A stretch of 64,000 nucleotides of DNA, from positions 128,001 through 192,000 of the forward strand of contig OY776510.1 in NCBI GenBank assembly GCA_963675665.1, in the 5' to 3' direction. Positions 20,069-30,486 of this stretch are shown here, piece after piece (the stretch's first letter is position 1; each line of letters opens with the position of its first letter). This DNA comes from Spirochaetia bacterium. Lineage in GTDB: Bacteria; Spirochaetota; Spirochaetia; UBA9216. The position numbers and the translations under genes are program-made. A model generated the notes under the pieces. It did not search any database and was not told the DNA's origin. It saw only the letters and a program-made list of their open reading frames with translations.

Positions 20069-21073
20069 TCAGCCGAGAATATCCGATTCCACCGTCTTCA
20101 GCATCCGTGAAACTTCGTCGCGGTCGGCGGAATAATAGATCCTTTTGCGTTCTCCCCGCTGGTAGCCTACCAGGTTCAGATTACTCAGCTTGCTCATATG
20201 ATATGATACCGTAGCCGAAGTAAGATCAAGTTCATCGGCCAGTTCCCTGATAAACCACGGTTTCCGGCACAGCATGCGCAGAATAGTCCGCCTGCTTTCA
20301 TCTGCAAGAAGACTGTAAATTTGATCCAGCGGAAGAGAAAATTCCCGAACAAGATCTTTCCGCCGCCGTCCGTAAACAATTGCCTGGGGGTTATCCAACT
20401 GGATAATGTCCGTTTCATCGTAGTAACTGATATAAATTTCCTGCCCTGCATCATCTTCAGAATAATTAATATGAAATACTTCCGAATAGAATGCAGCCGG
20501 ATCCTGCTCAAACAGCAGTTGCTCCTCTGAAAGTTCCTTCTTCATCAGATCAAGCACTGCCTTTTCATACGGCGCTATTGCCGCGCTGTAAAAATCCTCC
20601 ATAATTATAACCAGTCTTTGCCGGATGACATCCGGCCTGTGATAAAAGTCAAGAAAAAACTCAGGTTCATTCGCCCTGGTTGTCCCGCCTGCTTTTTGGA
20701 TAGCATTTATAATTTTTTCAGGCTCATCCTTTACCGAGTTGAAATCTATATCGGTTTTATATGAATTAAAAAGTCTTTCAGGCAGACCGGCGGAAGGTAA
20801 TTCTTTGAATGTTTTTATCAATTCAGCCGGTGAATTTATTTCATTTTGTAAGGCTGTCTCGACAGGCAGGAACAAGAGTCCCAGAAAATTAGTGACGAGA
20901 TATCGAATATCATTGTCGAGCAGACCCGGCAGATTCGACTTTGCTGTTCTGTACCACTTCTCAAGTTCGGAACTGACACGGTATCCGGGAATATTAACCG
21001 CAAATTCATCCCAGTGTGCATACTGAAGCAATGCACAGCACAGATCCACTGCCGGATTATATCTTATCTTCAT
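20069..21073 (-). CDS. ArsR-family regulator with long N-terminal domain and C-terminal wHTH
   Basis: LADESRRTIL...ELADELDLTSATVSYHMSKL. Confidence 0.82.
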   Translation of the reverse strand: MKIRYNPAVDLCCALLQYAHWDEFAVNIPGYRVSSELEKWYRTAKSNLPGLLDNDIRYLVTNFLGLLFLPVETALQNEINSPAELIKTFKELPSAGLPERLFNSYKTDIDFNSVKDEPEKIINAIQKAGGTTRANEPEFFLDFYHRPDVIRQRLVIIMEDFYSAAIAPYEKAVLDLMKKELSEEQLLFEQDPAAFYSEVFHINYSEDDAGQEIYISYYDETDIIQLDNPQAIVYGRRRKDLVREFSLPLDQIYSLLADESRRTILRMLCRKPWFIRELADELDLTSATVSYHMSKLSNLNLVGYQRGERKRIYYSADRDEVSRMLKTVESDILG

Positions 21074-22283
21074 TCGCAGGCTCCCTGATTAAGAGATAGG
21101 CGAAGGCTGATAATGCAAGCAGCCCTCCCGATAACATCCATGCCGCCGGAATATTTGCCTTAAGCGCAATCTGACCGGCAACAACAGCGCCCGCAGCACC
21201 TCCGGCCTGAAGGAAAAGGGAATTGAGCGACAGCAGGCTGGAACGTTTGTCCGACGGAATATTCCGGTTAAAAACAGTCATTTCCGGCGATTCTGTAATG
21301 CCGTGTGTAAAGAAAAGTATAAAGTATATGGGCGCAAAACTGCCTGTTGTGGATGTAAAAGAAAGTAGAATATAAAATACTCCCATTAATAACCTGAAAG
21401 ACACCATTACCGGCACATATCTGTTTCCGGTCAGCTTCAGGATTCTGGAAGAAATCGCATTGCCCGCCGCCGCCGAAACAAAATACCCGGCGGCAAGCAG
21501 ACCAAGGATCCAGGTGCCGGTCTCCGGCGAAATATTTCTGACATGCGGTTGCCACAGCTGTTCAAGACCCGAAAGACCGATACCCAACGCGCCTGTTGCC
21601 ATCAGAACTGCAAAAACATTGCGCTGCCGTATACCGAATTTCATTGCGGAGCCGAGCACATGAGGGAAGTTCTGAAACCCGGCGGCAATGTTTTTTGAAA
21701 AGCCGTCCCTGCTTTCCTTTATGACGACCACCGTCAGAAAAATTTGAATAATATAAAGCAGAATAAGAACAACAATATTTGTACGAATGGTACCGGATAT
21801 ATCGGGAATAATACCGCCGGCCAAAGTCCCCGCCCCCAAGGCCGCAGGGATTACAACACCGGCCGCGGCAAGATCTTTCTGCAGTTGCCGGTCGTCGCCG
21901 CCCAGGCGCTTGTGTTCATCCACAAACCAGGCATCAATCGAACCGGACGACAGCGCGCGTCCGGTACCTGCAAGAATTACTGCAGCAAGCAGAATAATAA
22001 AAGTACCGGCGGCAAGTATCAGCGAATATCCGGCTATATAAAAGACAACTGCAATGATATAAACCCGTTTTCTACCGAGAGTATCTGATAATCCTCCGGT
22101 AGGCAGTTCCAGCACCAGAACTGTAGTTCCCATCACTGCCATGGCGATTCCTACCTGCCCGATATTAAATCCCAAATCCATCAGAGCAAGAATCATCACG
22201 GGGATAACAATACCCATTGAAAACCAGTGCATCCCCTGGTTTATGCTGTAACGAATTAACAGTTCTTTATGCGAACGGACCAT
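21057..22283 (-). CDS. MFS transporter
   Basis: ELPTGGLSDTLGRKR motif A, RALSSGS, ~12 TM. Confidence 0.88.
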   Translation of the reverse strand: MVRSHKELLIRYSINQGMHWFSMGIVIPVMILALMDLGFNIGQVGIAMAVMGTTVLVLELPTGGLSDTLGRKRVYIIAVVFYIAGYSLILAAGTFIILLAAVILAGTGRALSSGSIDAWFVDEHKRLGGDDRQLQKDLAAAGVVIPAALGAGTLAGGIIPDISGTIRTNIVVLILLYIIQIFLTVVVIKESRDGFSKNIAAGFQNFPHVLGSAMKFGIRQRNVFAVLMATGALGIGLSGLEQLWQPHVRNISPETGTWILGLLAAGYFVSAAAGNAISSRILKLTGNRYVPVMVSFRLLMGVFYILLSFTSTTGSFAPIYFILFFTHGITESPEMTVFNRNIPSDKRSSLLSLNSLFLQAGGAAGAVVAGQIALKANIPAAWMLSGGLLALSAFAYLLIREPANEDKI

Positions 22284-22332
22284 AAAAACCCCATTTCAGG
22301 ATTAAAACAAAATACTTATCATGATAGATATT

Positions 22333-22385
22333 TATTATATTAGACTATCATCTAATATAATATATTCAAACTTACCGTTTGTCAA
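22333..22385 (-). promoter_or_regulatory. MFS-ArsR promoter with perfect palindromic operator
   Basis: TTGACA-17-TATTAT; TATTATATTAGA-N6-TCTAATATAATA (22333-22362) overlaps the -10. Confidence 0.7.
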
Positions 22386-22422
22386 TTAAGTTATCTGCGC
22401 TATAATATTTTATGAGGTCAGT

Positions 22423-23391
22423 ATGAAAAAAACAGAAAGCAGCAATTTTAAAACCTCTCTTGAAACAGGCAACAGGCTGTTAATGAAAAGCGTTCCCAGG
22501 GCGGACGTGCATAATCATGCGGGGCTGGGAGGCAGCTTTGAAGAATGGAGAAAAAAGGAAGGGCTGAATATTGAAGACAACTCCCACAACTTCCCCGATT
22601 TCACCGATTTCCAGAGGTTTGTAGACAAAATATACTTCTACCCCAACAAGAATCCGACTAATGAACAAAACCGCGCAAGAATCCTCAGTCTTTATGAAGC
22701 AACTTATGATCTCGCCGTTTCCGACGGCGTAACCTATATAGAGCCCGGAGTAGACGCATTAATTCTCGACTACTTTGAAGGCGATATTGAAAAAATGGTT
22801 TCGGCCCTGCAGAACCAGATATCCCGGTATTCAGGAAGACTGATTATAAAACCGGACGTTGGAATGGTCAGGGTGTTCAGTCAGAAAGAAATAGAAAGGA
22901 CTATCTACCCATGCATCGAATCCGGGTTTTTCAGTGCCCTGGACGTTTTTGCTGATGAGAGGCATGGTCCTCCCGAACAATTCAGGCAGATTTACCGTGA
23001 TGCAAAAAAGGCCGGGATGAAACTGAAAGCCCATGCCGGAGAGCTTCTTGACGCCGACTTTGTTCGAAAAAGCGTTGAAATACTTGAACTGGACGAGGTC
23101 CAGCACGGCATAGCCGCGGCAACATCTTCTGAAGTGATGCGTTTTCTGGCGGACAACAGCATAAGGCTGAATATATGCCCGTCCAGCAATATTCAGCTAT
23201 GCCAGGTAGAATCGTTTAAAACACACCCGATGCGGGTCCTGATGGATAACGGCGTGAAAGTCAGCCTGAATACCGATGACGCCATAATATTCGGGCAAAA
23301 ATCTTCGGATGAGTTCTTTAACATGTATGAAACAGGACTCTACACGACTGAAGAACTTGACAAAGTGCGTTTAGACGGCTTCCCGGATTGA
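22423..23391 (+). CDS. Adenosine/adenine deaminase family protein
   Basis: DVHNH, AHAGE, QHG, CPSSN, NTDD. Confidence 0.85.
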   Translation: MKKTESSNFKTSLETGNRLLMKSVPRADVHNHAGLGGSFEEWRKKEGLNIEDNSHNFPDFTDFQRFVDKIYFYPNKNPTNEQNRARILSLYEATYDLAVSDGVTYIEPGVDALILDYFEGDIEKMVSALQNQISRYSGRLIIKPDVGMVRVFSQKEIERTIYPCIESGFFSALDVFADERHGPPEQFRQIYRDAKKAGMKLKAHAGELLDADFVRKSVEILELDEVQHGIAAATSSEVMRFLADNSIRLNICPSSNIQLCQVESFKTHPMRVLMDNGVKVSLNTDDAIIFGQKSSDEFFNMYETGLYTTEELDKVRLDGFPD

Positions 23392-24071
23392 AAGTCTCAC
23401 GGCTTCTGCAGCATGAAGCTCCATAGTGTTGAAAACAGGGATATCAACATCTTTCTGTTTTATCAGCAGCGGGATTTCCGTACAGCCCAGAACAACCCCT
23501 CGGCGCCGGCCTTTTCCAATTCGGAGATTATATTACGAAAAAGATCTCTTGACTTGTCCTTTAACTCGCCGAGGCAGAGTTCATTATATATCACGCTGTG
23601 AACAATATCCATCTCGCTGCTTTCAGGAATAATTACATCTATACCGTGCCGGTCTTTTAACCTTCCCCTGTAGAAATCCTGCTCCATGGTGAACCTGGTG
23701 CCGAGAAGCCCTACGGTATGAAATCCGCGACGTTTTATTTCTTCGGCTGCGGCATCGGCAATATGAAGCAAAGGTATACCAATGTTTTTCTGCACGTCAT
23801 CAGCCATTTTATGCATCGTATTTGTACATATCATAAGCATATCCGCACCCGCATTCTCCAGCATGATCGCAACCTCAGTCATCTGCCTGCTGAGTTCACC
23901 CCAGTCTTCTTTATGCTGGAGGGCTTCAATTTCTTCAAAATCAACAGAATACATCAAAGTCTTTGCCGAATGAAGTCCGCCGAGCGCTGATTTGACCCCG
24001 GTATTCAGCAGCCGGTAGTATTCAAGAGAAGACTCCCAGCTCATTCCGCCTATCATTCCTATTGTTTTCAT
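23371..24071 (-). pseudogene. Aspartate/glutamate racemase family gene with a 1-nt frameshift
   Basis: IGGMSWESS and CTNTMH in one frame; GVVLGCTEIPLL...TMELHA to TAA at 23371 in another; shift at G4 run 23496-23499. Confidence 0.8.
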
Positions 24072-24248
24072 ATGCCCTCCTGATTCCGGTATCAGTACAT
24101 CTTCTTACAATACAGTCCTTTTTTCAAGCAGAAATACCGGTTTTAAAGTGAGGCCTCCATATTGGACAGTAACATCTCTGCCGGCTACAGGGTTATATAA
24201 CAGGAAATGTGTGCTTTTCCAATCGCAATGTGATAACATTACGGCTGA

Positions 24249-25190
24249 ATGCAGAACAATGAATATTTCTCACAGTTATTATATCTTCTTGTCTATTCCA
24301 GCGCGCTTATCTGTGTCGCAGCAGTAGTCGTATTCAGGACAAGACTGAAAACCGAACCAGGCGTGCATCTGAACAGGTTTATACTTTCGCTTGCATTCAC
24401 CGGGTCACTGGTTTCAATTCAGGTCTTTCTGAATGCGGTAGGAATCCTTGACCGGTTGAACGAATCAAGCACTTCAAGACTAATTATAATAATGAATATG
24501 CTCATAATAGCTGCAATTTCTTTGATTGTTCATTCGGCCGTTTCAATTTCTCTGTTAACAAGGCCTTCCGGATTCAACCGCAGGATTATTTTTACCGTAT
24601 CAGTCGTTATTACTGCAATGCTTATAAATACCGCCGCGCTTCAGATCCTGACTCTTGTTTCTCACTCAACTGCTGCCTCGGCACTTCTGGAGATAGTAAT
24701 GTCGGCGGGGATCATCCTGTATGCCGCAGGCATAACCTTCTCGGCGATCCGGCTGTTTATACCTCTCAGGATGAAAGACGACCCCGTGATTCTACCGGCA
24801 ATCAGACTGAATCTGCTGTTCATTTTGATTCTGCCGGCGTTTTATATAATTTCTGACAGTTTAATAGGCGCCCTCCTTGCGCCCGCGGGGTTTATCGCAA
24901 TTAATATCCTCAGCCTCAGAATTCTGTACTTGAGATTAAATACTCATCCGAAGGACCACGCAAAAAAGGATGAACCGGAAACAGCAGCAACCTGCAGGGA
25001 ACTGGGCCTTTCGGGAAGGGAAACCGATGTTGCGCTTCTGCTTGCAGAGGGAAGATCGTATAAAGAGATCGCAGCCGACTTGTGTATATCAATGTCTACT
25101 ACCCAGACGCATGTCGGCAGGATATATACGAAACTGGGAATAAACAGTAAAACTGAACTGGCAAACCTTTTATTCTACAAAAAAACCTGA
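24249..25190 (+). CDS. Multi-TM membrane protein fused to LuxR-type HTH
   Basis: ~7 hydrophobic segments, then LSGRETDVALLLAEGRSYKEIAADLCIS..T..THV..IY.KL. Confidence 0.85.
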   Translation: MQNNEYFSQLLYLLVYSSALICVAAVVVFRTRLKTEPGVHLNRFILSLAFTGSLVSIQVFLNAVGILDRLNESSTSRLIIIMNMLIIAAISLIVHSAVSISLLTRPSGFNRRIIFTVSVVITAMLINTAALQILTLVSHSTAASALLEIVMSAGIILYAAGITFSAIRLFIPLRMKDDPVILPAIRLNLLFILILPAFYIISDSLIGALLAPAGFIAINILSLRILYLRLNTHPKDHAKKDEPETAATCRELGLSGRETDVALLLAEGRSYKEIAADLCISMSTTQTHVGRIYTKLGINSKTELANLLFYKKT

Positions 25191-25192
25191 TT

Positions 25193-25221
25193 ATACGACA
25201 AAAATCATACAAACATACGAC
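25193..25221 (+). promoter_or_regulatory. Direct repeat ATACGAC x2, 22 bp apart, upstream of DUF4097 gene
   Basis: ATACGAC at 25193 and 25215; TATATT -10-like element at 25244. Confidence 0.45.
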
Positions 25222-25281
25222 TGTTTAGCAACCGATAACAAGCCTATATTAAATGCAGACAACTGATAAGGAGTATTCAGA

Positions 25282-26421
25282 ATGAAAAAGATGATATTGA
25301 TTTTACTTGCAGTTCTGCTTTCACCAACAGGAGTGTTTGCAGCCTCTTTCAATATCAATGAAAATAAAAATGAGGATCTGGCGGATATCAGAAAAATAGT
25401 TTTTGATTTGAAGTCGCCGAATTGTGCAATCTGCATAAGTACAGGCCGTCAGTCGTACAGCTTTACCGGCGGAGGCAGGCCGGGGATTCTTTCGCTTTCA
25501 CTTGAAGGAGATTTAAAATCAAACAATAAAAAGGCCGTGCCCTCAATTATCACCAGCAGGGAAGGAGATATCCTCTATATAAGGCTTTTCGGCAACAACA
25601 ATCTTTTCTTCGGCCTTGTTCAAAGCGGGTCTGTTCATATGCACGCAGAATTTCCTGATTACTTTAACGGCGATATCACTATAAAAACCTCATCCGGGAA
25701 TTCAACTGTTGCTGATCTGAATCTGAAGTCCTTTATGCTTGATTCCAGCTCCGGAGATAATGAACTCAGAGACATTGAGGCTGAAAAGATCGGAATCGAA
25801 CTGAGCTCGGGAAATGTAACTGCTGAAAATCTTGCATCGGTCGGTGGAATCAGCATCAAATCATCTTCGGGAGACCTGAACCTCGATGAGCTGCTGTCGG
25901 AATCGGCGGAAATCAGGGCCAGCTCGGGACGAATTAATATACAAAGACTCAGATGCACCGGCAATCTTGATATCCATGCAAGCTCCGGCAGAATTTCCGC
26001 CGGATATCTTGAAGGAGGCGCAGTAGCGGTAGATGCAACCTCGGGCAGCATAACCATAAAAGAGCTGCAGGGCAAGAATGTACAGATAGAAGCCTCGTCG
26101 GGTGACATTACCCTGGGAGCCCTTGCTGCCGAATCATCCGCATTTGAAGCCTCGTCAGGAAACACGGTAATAGGTGTAGAACCTTTTAACGGTGATATTT
26201 CCGTAAAAAGCAGCTCAGGGGATGTAACTATTGAACTGCCGGCTGATGCTTCATTTACAGCAGACCTTAATGCTTCCTCAGGCAAAATAAGAAGCGATTT
26301 CCCTCTGCTTGCTGAAATAACCGGCGACAGAAAGAACGAAATAAAAGGCGAAGCCAACGGAGGCGGCTATTCAGTCAGAGTTAAAGCTTCAAGCGGAAAC
26401 ATAACTATCAAGGAAAGATAA
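25282..26421 (+). CDS. DUF4097 beta-strand-repeat exported protein
   Basis: Signal peptide; SSG(D/N/R)I repeats with ~19-20 aa period. Confidence 0.82.
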   Translation: MKKMILILLAVLLSPTGVFAASFNINENKNEDLADIRKIVFDLKSPNCAICISTGRQSYSFTGGGRPGILSLSLEGDLKSNNKKAVPSIITSREGDILYIRLFGNNNLFFGLVQSGSVHMHAEFPDYFNGDITIKTSSGNSTVADLNLKSFMLDSSSGDNELRDIEAEKIGIELSSGNVTAENLASVGGISIKSSSGDLNLDELLSESAEIRASSGRINIQRLRCTGNLDIHASSGRISAGYLEGGAVAVDATSGSITIKELQGKNVQIEASSGDITLGALAAESSAFEASSGNTVIGVEPFNGDISVKSSSGDVTIELPADASFTADLNASSGKIRSDFPLLAEITGDRKNEIKGEANGGGYSVRVKASSGNITIKER

Positions 26422-26453
26422 AACCGGCTGAATTTTATCGGTAACAGTTTGTC

Positions 26454-26488
26454 CGGCAGCCGAAAAACGGCTGCCGTTATGTTTTTTT
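26454..26488 (+). terminator. Intrinsic terminator
   Basis: CGGCAGCCG-AAAAA-CGGCTGCCG then TTATGTTTTTTT. Confidence 0.8.
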
Positions 26489-26498
26489 GCCGTACGAA

Positions 26499-27383
26499 TT
26501 ACACAGCTTTCCAGTACATCCTGTTGTCGCGGAATTTGTATTCCGCCTTTCCGTTATTATAAAGATAAGATAAAAAAGATTTCACAGTGCTGCCGACAAG
26601 GACGTACTGCCCGTGATTCAGGGTTATTTTTCTTTCGTCACAGAAAAACTTCAATAAATCTTCAAAAATAATTTCATCACAAATCAAACGCAGTATGTCG
26701 CGAACGGCTTCTGCAACCGTATTCAGATTAAGCGCGGCTATTTTAGAAACATCATTTACCAAATCGCCGTGGCAGGGCACATAATAATCCGCTTTTACTG
26801 CCATAATCTTCTCTATGCTTCCGATAAAGGCTTCAACATCGTAGATAAACGGAAGCCCGTATTTTTTTATTATATCCTCGCCGAAAAGACTGTCTCCCAG
26901 GAAAAACACGCCGTCGTCGGTAAGAATTCCGTACTGATTAAAAAAATGTCCCGGAAGCCCGATAAAATTCAATCCTTCAATCTTCGAATCTTCGGAGATA
27001 ATCCGGTCAACATGAGAAGCTTTCGCTTCAAAAAACTTGGAACGCAGTTCCTTAAAAGGAAAGCCTCCCCATAAAAAACTCGGCTCAAGAAGCGGGGTTT
27101 CGGTAAATGAGGCTTCTGTTTGAGATGTCCAGATTTCACATCCGGCATTATTCTGAAGATAAGCATTGCCTCCGATATGGTCCGCATTTGAATGGGTATT
27201 TATTACAGCCTTGATCTTTCGGCCGCTCTCCCTGACTACCTTGTACAGTTTTCGTCCGGCGTCCTTGTCGCCTCCGCTGTCTATCAGGTAAACTCCGTCG
27301 CTGCCTTCAATAATACCTATATTGACCGCTCCCCTTGATATGAACGTACTTCCTTTCAATTGCTCAAAAAACCCTTCTGACAT
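26499..27383 (-). CDS. MBL-fold metallohydrolase
   Basis: THSNADHIGG, PGH, GDS, PCHG. Confidence 0.85.
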   Translation of the reverse strand: MSEGFFEQLKGSTFISRGAVNIGIIEGSDGVYLIDSGGDKDAGRKLYKVVRESGRKIKAVINTHSNADHIGGNAYLQNNAGCEIWTSQTEASFTETPLLEPSFLWGGFPFKELRSKFFEAKASHVDRIISEDSKIEGLNFIGLPGHFFNQYGILTDDGVFFLGDSLFGEDIIKKYGLPFIYDVEAFIGSIEKIMAVKADYYVPCHGDLVNDVSKIAALNLNTVAEAVRDILRLICDEIIFEDLLKFFCDERKITLNHGQYVLVGSTVKSFLSYLYNNGKAEYKFRDNRMYWKAV

Positions 27384-27499
27384 TATTCTGTTATTCTCCG
27401 TATTCTATTCCTCTTCCTTTTTTAGAATACCTTTTTTTTTAAAACTGCGCAATTTATTGATTTGACATCCGGTTGAAATAGATTATAGTTAATAAAAAG

Positions 27500-30469
27500 A
27501 TGAAAAACAGTATAACTAAAGTATCAAAAATACACCTTAGATTTCAGATAAGCCTGCTTTTTTTGATTCTGGTTATGCTGATCATTTTAACATTTTCAAT
27601 TCTTTTCGCAGTACTGTCGGTCAATAAAAATATCAGCAGGCAAAGAGCTGAGCAGTTATTCAGCAAAACAGGGCAGTCAATAATACTAAAACTTGATTCA
27701 CAGCTTGAAAAGGCTATTCAGTTTGCCGGCCTGATGACGCATCTGCAGCAGTTTTCAGCAGAAATTGAAAACAACGGCCAGTCCCATCCGGGACTTCCTT
27801 TCATGTTCGAGGCGCTTAAACACAACAGCTATTTTTATTCTGTTTATGCAGGCTTTGAAAACGGAGATTTTATCCAACTTATCAACACCTTGGGAAGCCC
27901 ATTAATCATCAATGCCCACTCGGCCCCGGACGAGACCGCTTTTATCCTGAGAGCCATCAACAGCTCAGAAGGCAACCGCACGGAATACTGGACGTTTTTC
28001 GATTCCTCATATAGAACCCTGGGTTCGGCGATTAACAACTCTCCTGATTATTTTCCTTCAGAGAGGCCATGGTATATATCAGCCGACCAAAACAGAGGAG
28101 AGGTAATTCTTACCGAACCCTATGTTTATAATTCGTTGAAGCAACCCGGAATAACAGCCGCCTCATCTGTTTCCGGACTCTCTGTCGCCGGAATTGATAT
28201 TACCCTTTCAGGTCTGAATACGTTTCTCGACAGCATGTTTATTTCACCGGGCACCGGCATTATTGTTCTTACCGGCGAGAACAGGGTTCTGGCATCCAGT
28301 CGGCAAATGAGCGAAAAACTTGGAATATCGGGAACTGAACTTTCAAAAACGGACCCGATTCAGCACGAGAGGAATCAAATGCTTTGGGAAAATCCATGGA
28401 CCACTCCCGGCGGGCAGAATTACAGACTTGTCATTACAGCACCCGCATCGGACTTCCTTCAGCATCAGTATATAATTCAGAGACAAATAATATTGATTTC
28501 CATAATTATTTTTGTCCTTTTTCTTCCGGCAATAATAGTCTCAAGCAAATATCTGAGCCGTTTTCTGGAAAATCTTGCCGATGACGCTGAAAAAATTCAG
28601 AATCTGGTTTTCGACGAAAAGGATGAGGAACATTCATTTATTATTGAGTTTGACAAGCTTGCAGAAGCCTTCAGGGTTATGAAAAAGGCAATTGCCGCCA
28701 AAACTAAAGCGCTTCAGGATGCGAAAACAAAGCTTGAGCGAATAATCAACCTCGGCATTGCCATGACAGTAGAGGAAGATACCGATAAGCTTATTGAGAT
28801 GATTCTTACCGGAGCAAAAGAGATTTCTCATGCGGACGGAGGAAGCCTGTATCTGAAAGGTGATAAGGACGAACTTGATTTCAGGATTGTTTTTAACGAC
28901 AGTCTTGGTTTTATCCAGGGAGGAACCAGTAAAAACCGGATTACAATGCCGCCTGTATGTCTGTATGATGAAGACGGTACACCCAACTTTCATAATGTTG
29001 TTTCCTGTGCTTTTCATAAGGGAAAAACAATCGTAATAGAGGATGCTTACAAAGATCCCGACTTTGATTTTTCGGGAACAAGAAAATTCGACGAACTTAA
29101 CAATTACCGATCAAAATCCTTTATCACAGTACCACTCAAGCTTGAAGGAAGCGAAATCCTCGGCGCGCTTCAGCTTATAAATTGTATGCCTGACAAAACC
29201 GGCGGAATTGTCCCTTTCAATAGTGAGATCCGCAGCTTTGTAGAAGCCCTGAGCGCGCTTGCTGCAGTTATTCTGTACAACAGAAGCCTGATGGAATCAC
29301 AGGAAGCACTGTTTGAAGCCCTGATACGCCTGATTGCAAGCGCCATAGACACAAAAAGTCCGTACACGGGAGGCCACTGCGAACGTGTTCCAGTTCTGGC
29401 GACAATGCTTGCCGATGCGGCAGAAAAAGCAGAGACAGGGTCTCTCGGTAATTTTCGGTTTCAATCACAGGAAGACAGAAAAGCTTTTATTATCGGGGCA
29501 TGGCTTCATGATGCCGGCAAAATGACAACTCCGGAATTTGTTGTCGATAAAGCTGTCAAACTTGAAACAATATACAACAGAATACATGAGATAAGAACAA
29601 GGTTTGAAATACTTCTGCGAGATGAACTTCTAAAACAGAAAGAAGCTCTTCTGGCCGGCAGGAACCCCGAAGCGGCAACAGCAGAACTTGAAGCTGCAGT
29701 TGCCAGGCTGCATGATGATTTTAATTTTATCGCCAGCTGCAATACCGGAGAAAATCCTGTAGCGGAAGAATGTGAAAAACGGATAACAGAATTAAGCCGT
29801 ATAACATGGACAAGCCATTTTGATCATACAATCGGCTTGTCGCGGGAAGAAGCAGAAAAAACCGAAACACCGTTTGTAATGGGAAAAACAATTGAAGAAC
29901 CTCTGATAGCGGACAAACCGGCACATATTATCGCAGACAGGGGGAAAACCAAAGCCCTGTATGAAAGTTACGGTTTTGCACTTCCAAAACCGTCATATCT
30001 TTACAACAGAGGTGAAATCCATAACCTGATGATATGGAAAGGAACACTCACTGATGAAGAACGCTTCAAGGTAAATGAACATATAATGCAGACCATAGTC
30101 ATGCTGGATCAGCTCCCGTTTCCGAAAGGCCTTCACAAAATTCCGGAATATGTAGGAACACATCATGAAACATTATCGGGTAAAGGTTATCCGCGGGGCC
30201 TGGATGCTTCAAAACTTTCCATACCGTCAAGGATAATGGCAATTGCAGATATTTTTGAAGCCTTGACTGCCGCTGATCGGCCGTATAAAAATGCTTATAA
30301 ATTGTCAAAAGCAATCGCGATACTGCATGAACTTGCAGTTTCAAGGCATATTGATTCTGATCTTTTCGAACTGTTTCTGACGTCAGGTATTTACCGGAAA
30401 TATGCGGAACAGTACCTGCCTCCTGAAATGATTGATGAAGTAGATATAAATAAATATCTGGGTCAATAA
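27500..30469 (+). CDS. Cache-HAMP-GAF-HD-GYP cyclic-dinucleotide phosphodiesterase
   Basis: ERPWY Cache motif, GAF, YTGGHCERV, LHDAGK, HHETLSGKGYP, IADIFEALTAADRPYK; TTGACA-16-TATAGT upstream. Confidence 0.87.
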   Translation: MKNSITKVSKIHLRFQISLLFLILVMLIILTFSILFAVLSVNKNISRQRAEQLFSKTGQSIILKLDSQLEKAIQFAGLMTHLQQFSAEIENNGQSHPGLPFMFEALKHNSYFYSVYAGFENGDFIQLINTLGSPLIINAHSAPDETAFILRAINSSEGNRTEYWTFFDSSYRTLGSAINNSPDYFPSERPWYISADQNRGEVILTEPYVYNSLKQPGITAASSVSGLSVAGIDITLSGLNTFLDSMFISPGTGIIVLTGENRVLASSRQMSEKLGISGTELSKTDPIQHERNQMLWENPWTTPGGQNYRLVITAPASDFLQHQYIIQRQIILISIIIFVLFLPAIIVSSKYLSRFLENLADDAEKIQNLVFDEKDEEHSFIIEFDKLAEAFRVMKKAIAAKTKALQDAKTKLERIINLGIAMTVEEDTDKLIEMILTGAKEISHADGGSLYLKGDKDELDFRIVFNDSLGFIQGGTSKNRITMPPVCLYDEDGTPNFHNVVSCAFHKGKTIVIEDAYKDPDFDFSGTRKFDELNNYRSKSFITVPLKLEGSEILGALQLINCMPDKTGGIVPFNSEIRSFVEALSALAAVILYNRSLMESQEALFEALIRLIASAIDTKSPYTGGHCERVPVLATMLADAAEKAETGSLGNFRFQSQEDRKAFIIGAWLHDAGKMTTPEFVVDKAVKLETIYNRIHEIRTRFEILLRDELLKQKEALLAGRNPEAATAELEAAVARLHDDFNFIASCNTGENPVAEECEKRITELSRITWTSHFDHTIGLSREEAEKTETPFVMGKTIEEPLIADKPAHIIADRGKTKALYESYGFALPKPSYLYNRGEIHNLMIWKGTLTDEERFKVNEHIMQTIVMLDQLPFPKGLHKIPEYVGTHHETLSGKGYPRGLDASKLSIPSRIMAIADIFEALTAADRPYKNAYKLSKAIAILHELAVSRHIDSDLFELFLTSGIYRKYAEQYLPPEMIDEVDINKYLGQ

Positions 30470-30486
30470 ATCAGGATCGTCTGAAC

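Noticed and set aside
25659-26357. 232-aa antisense ORF, and similar shadow ORFs throughout the window
   Set aside because: Lies wholly antisense to a well-supported gene and has no family motifs
29500-30200. Long insertion between the HD and GYP motifs as a possible intein or frameshift
   Set aside because: Frame is intact, there are no intein terminal residues, and such inserts are common in this HD-GYP subfamily
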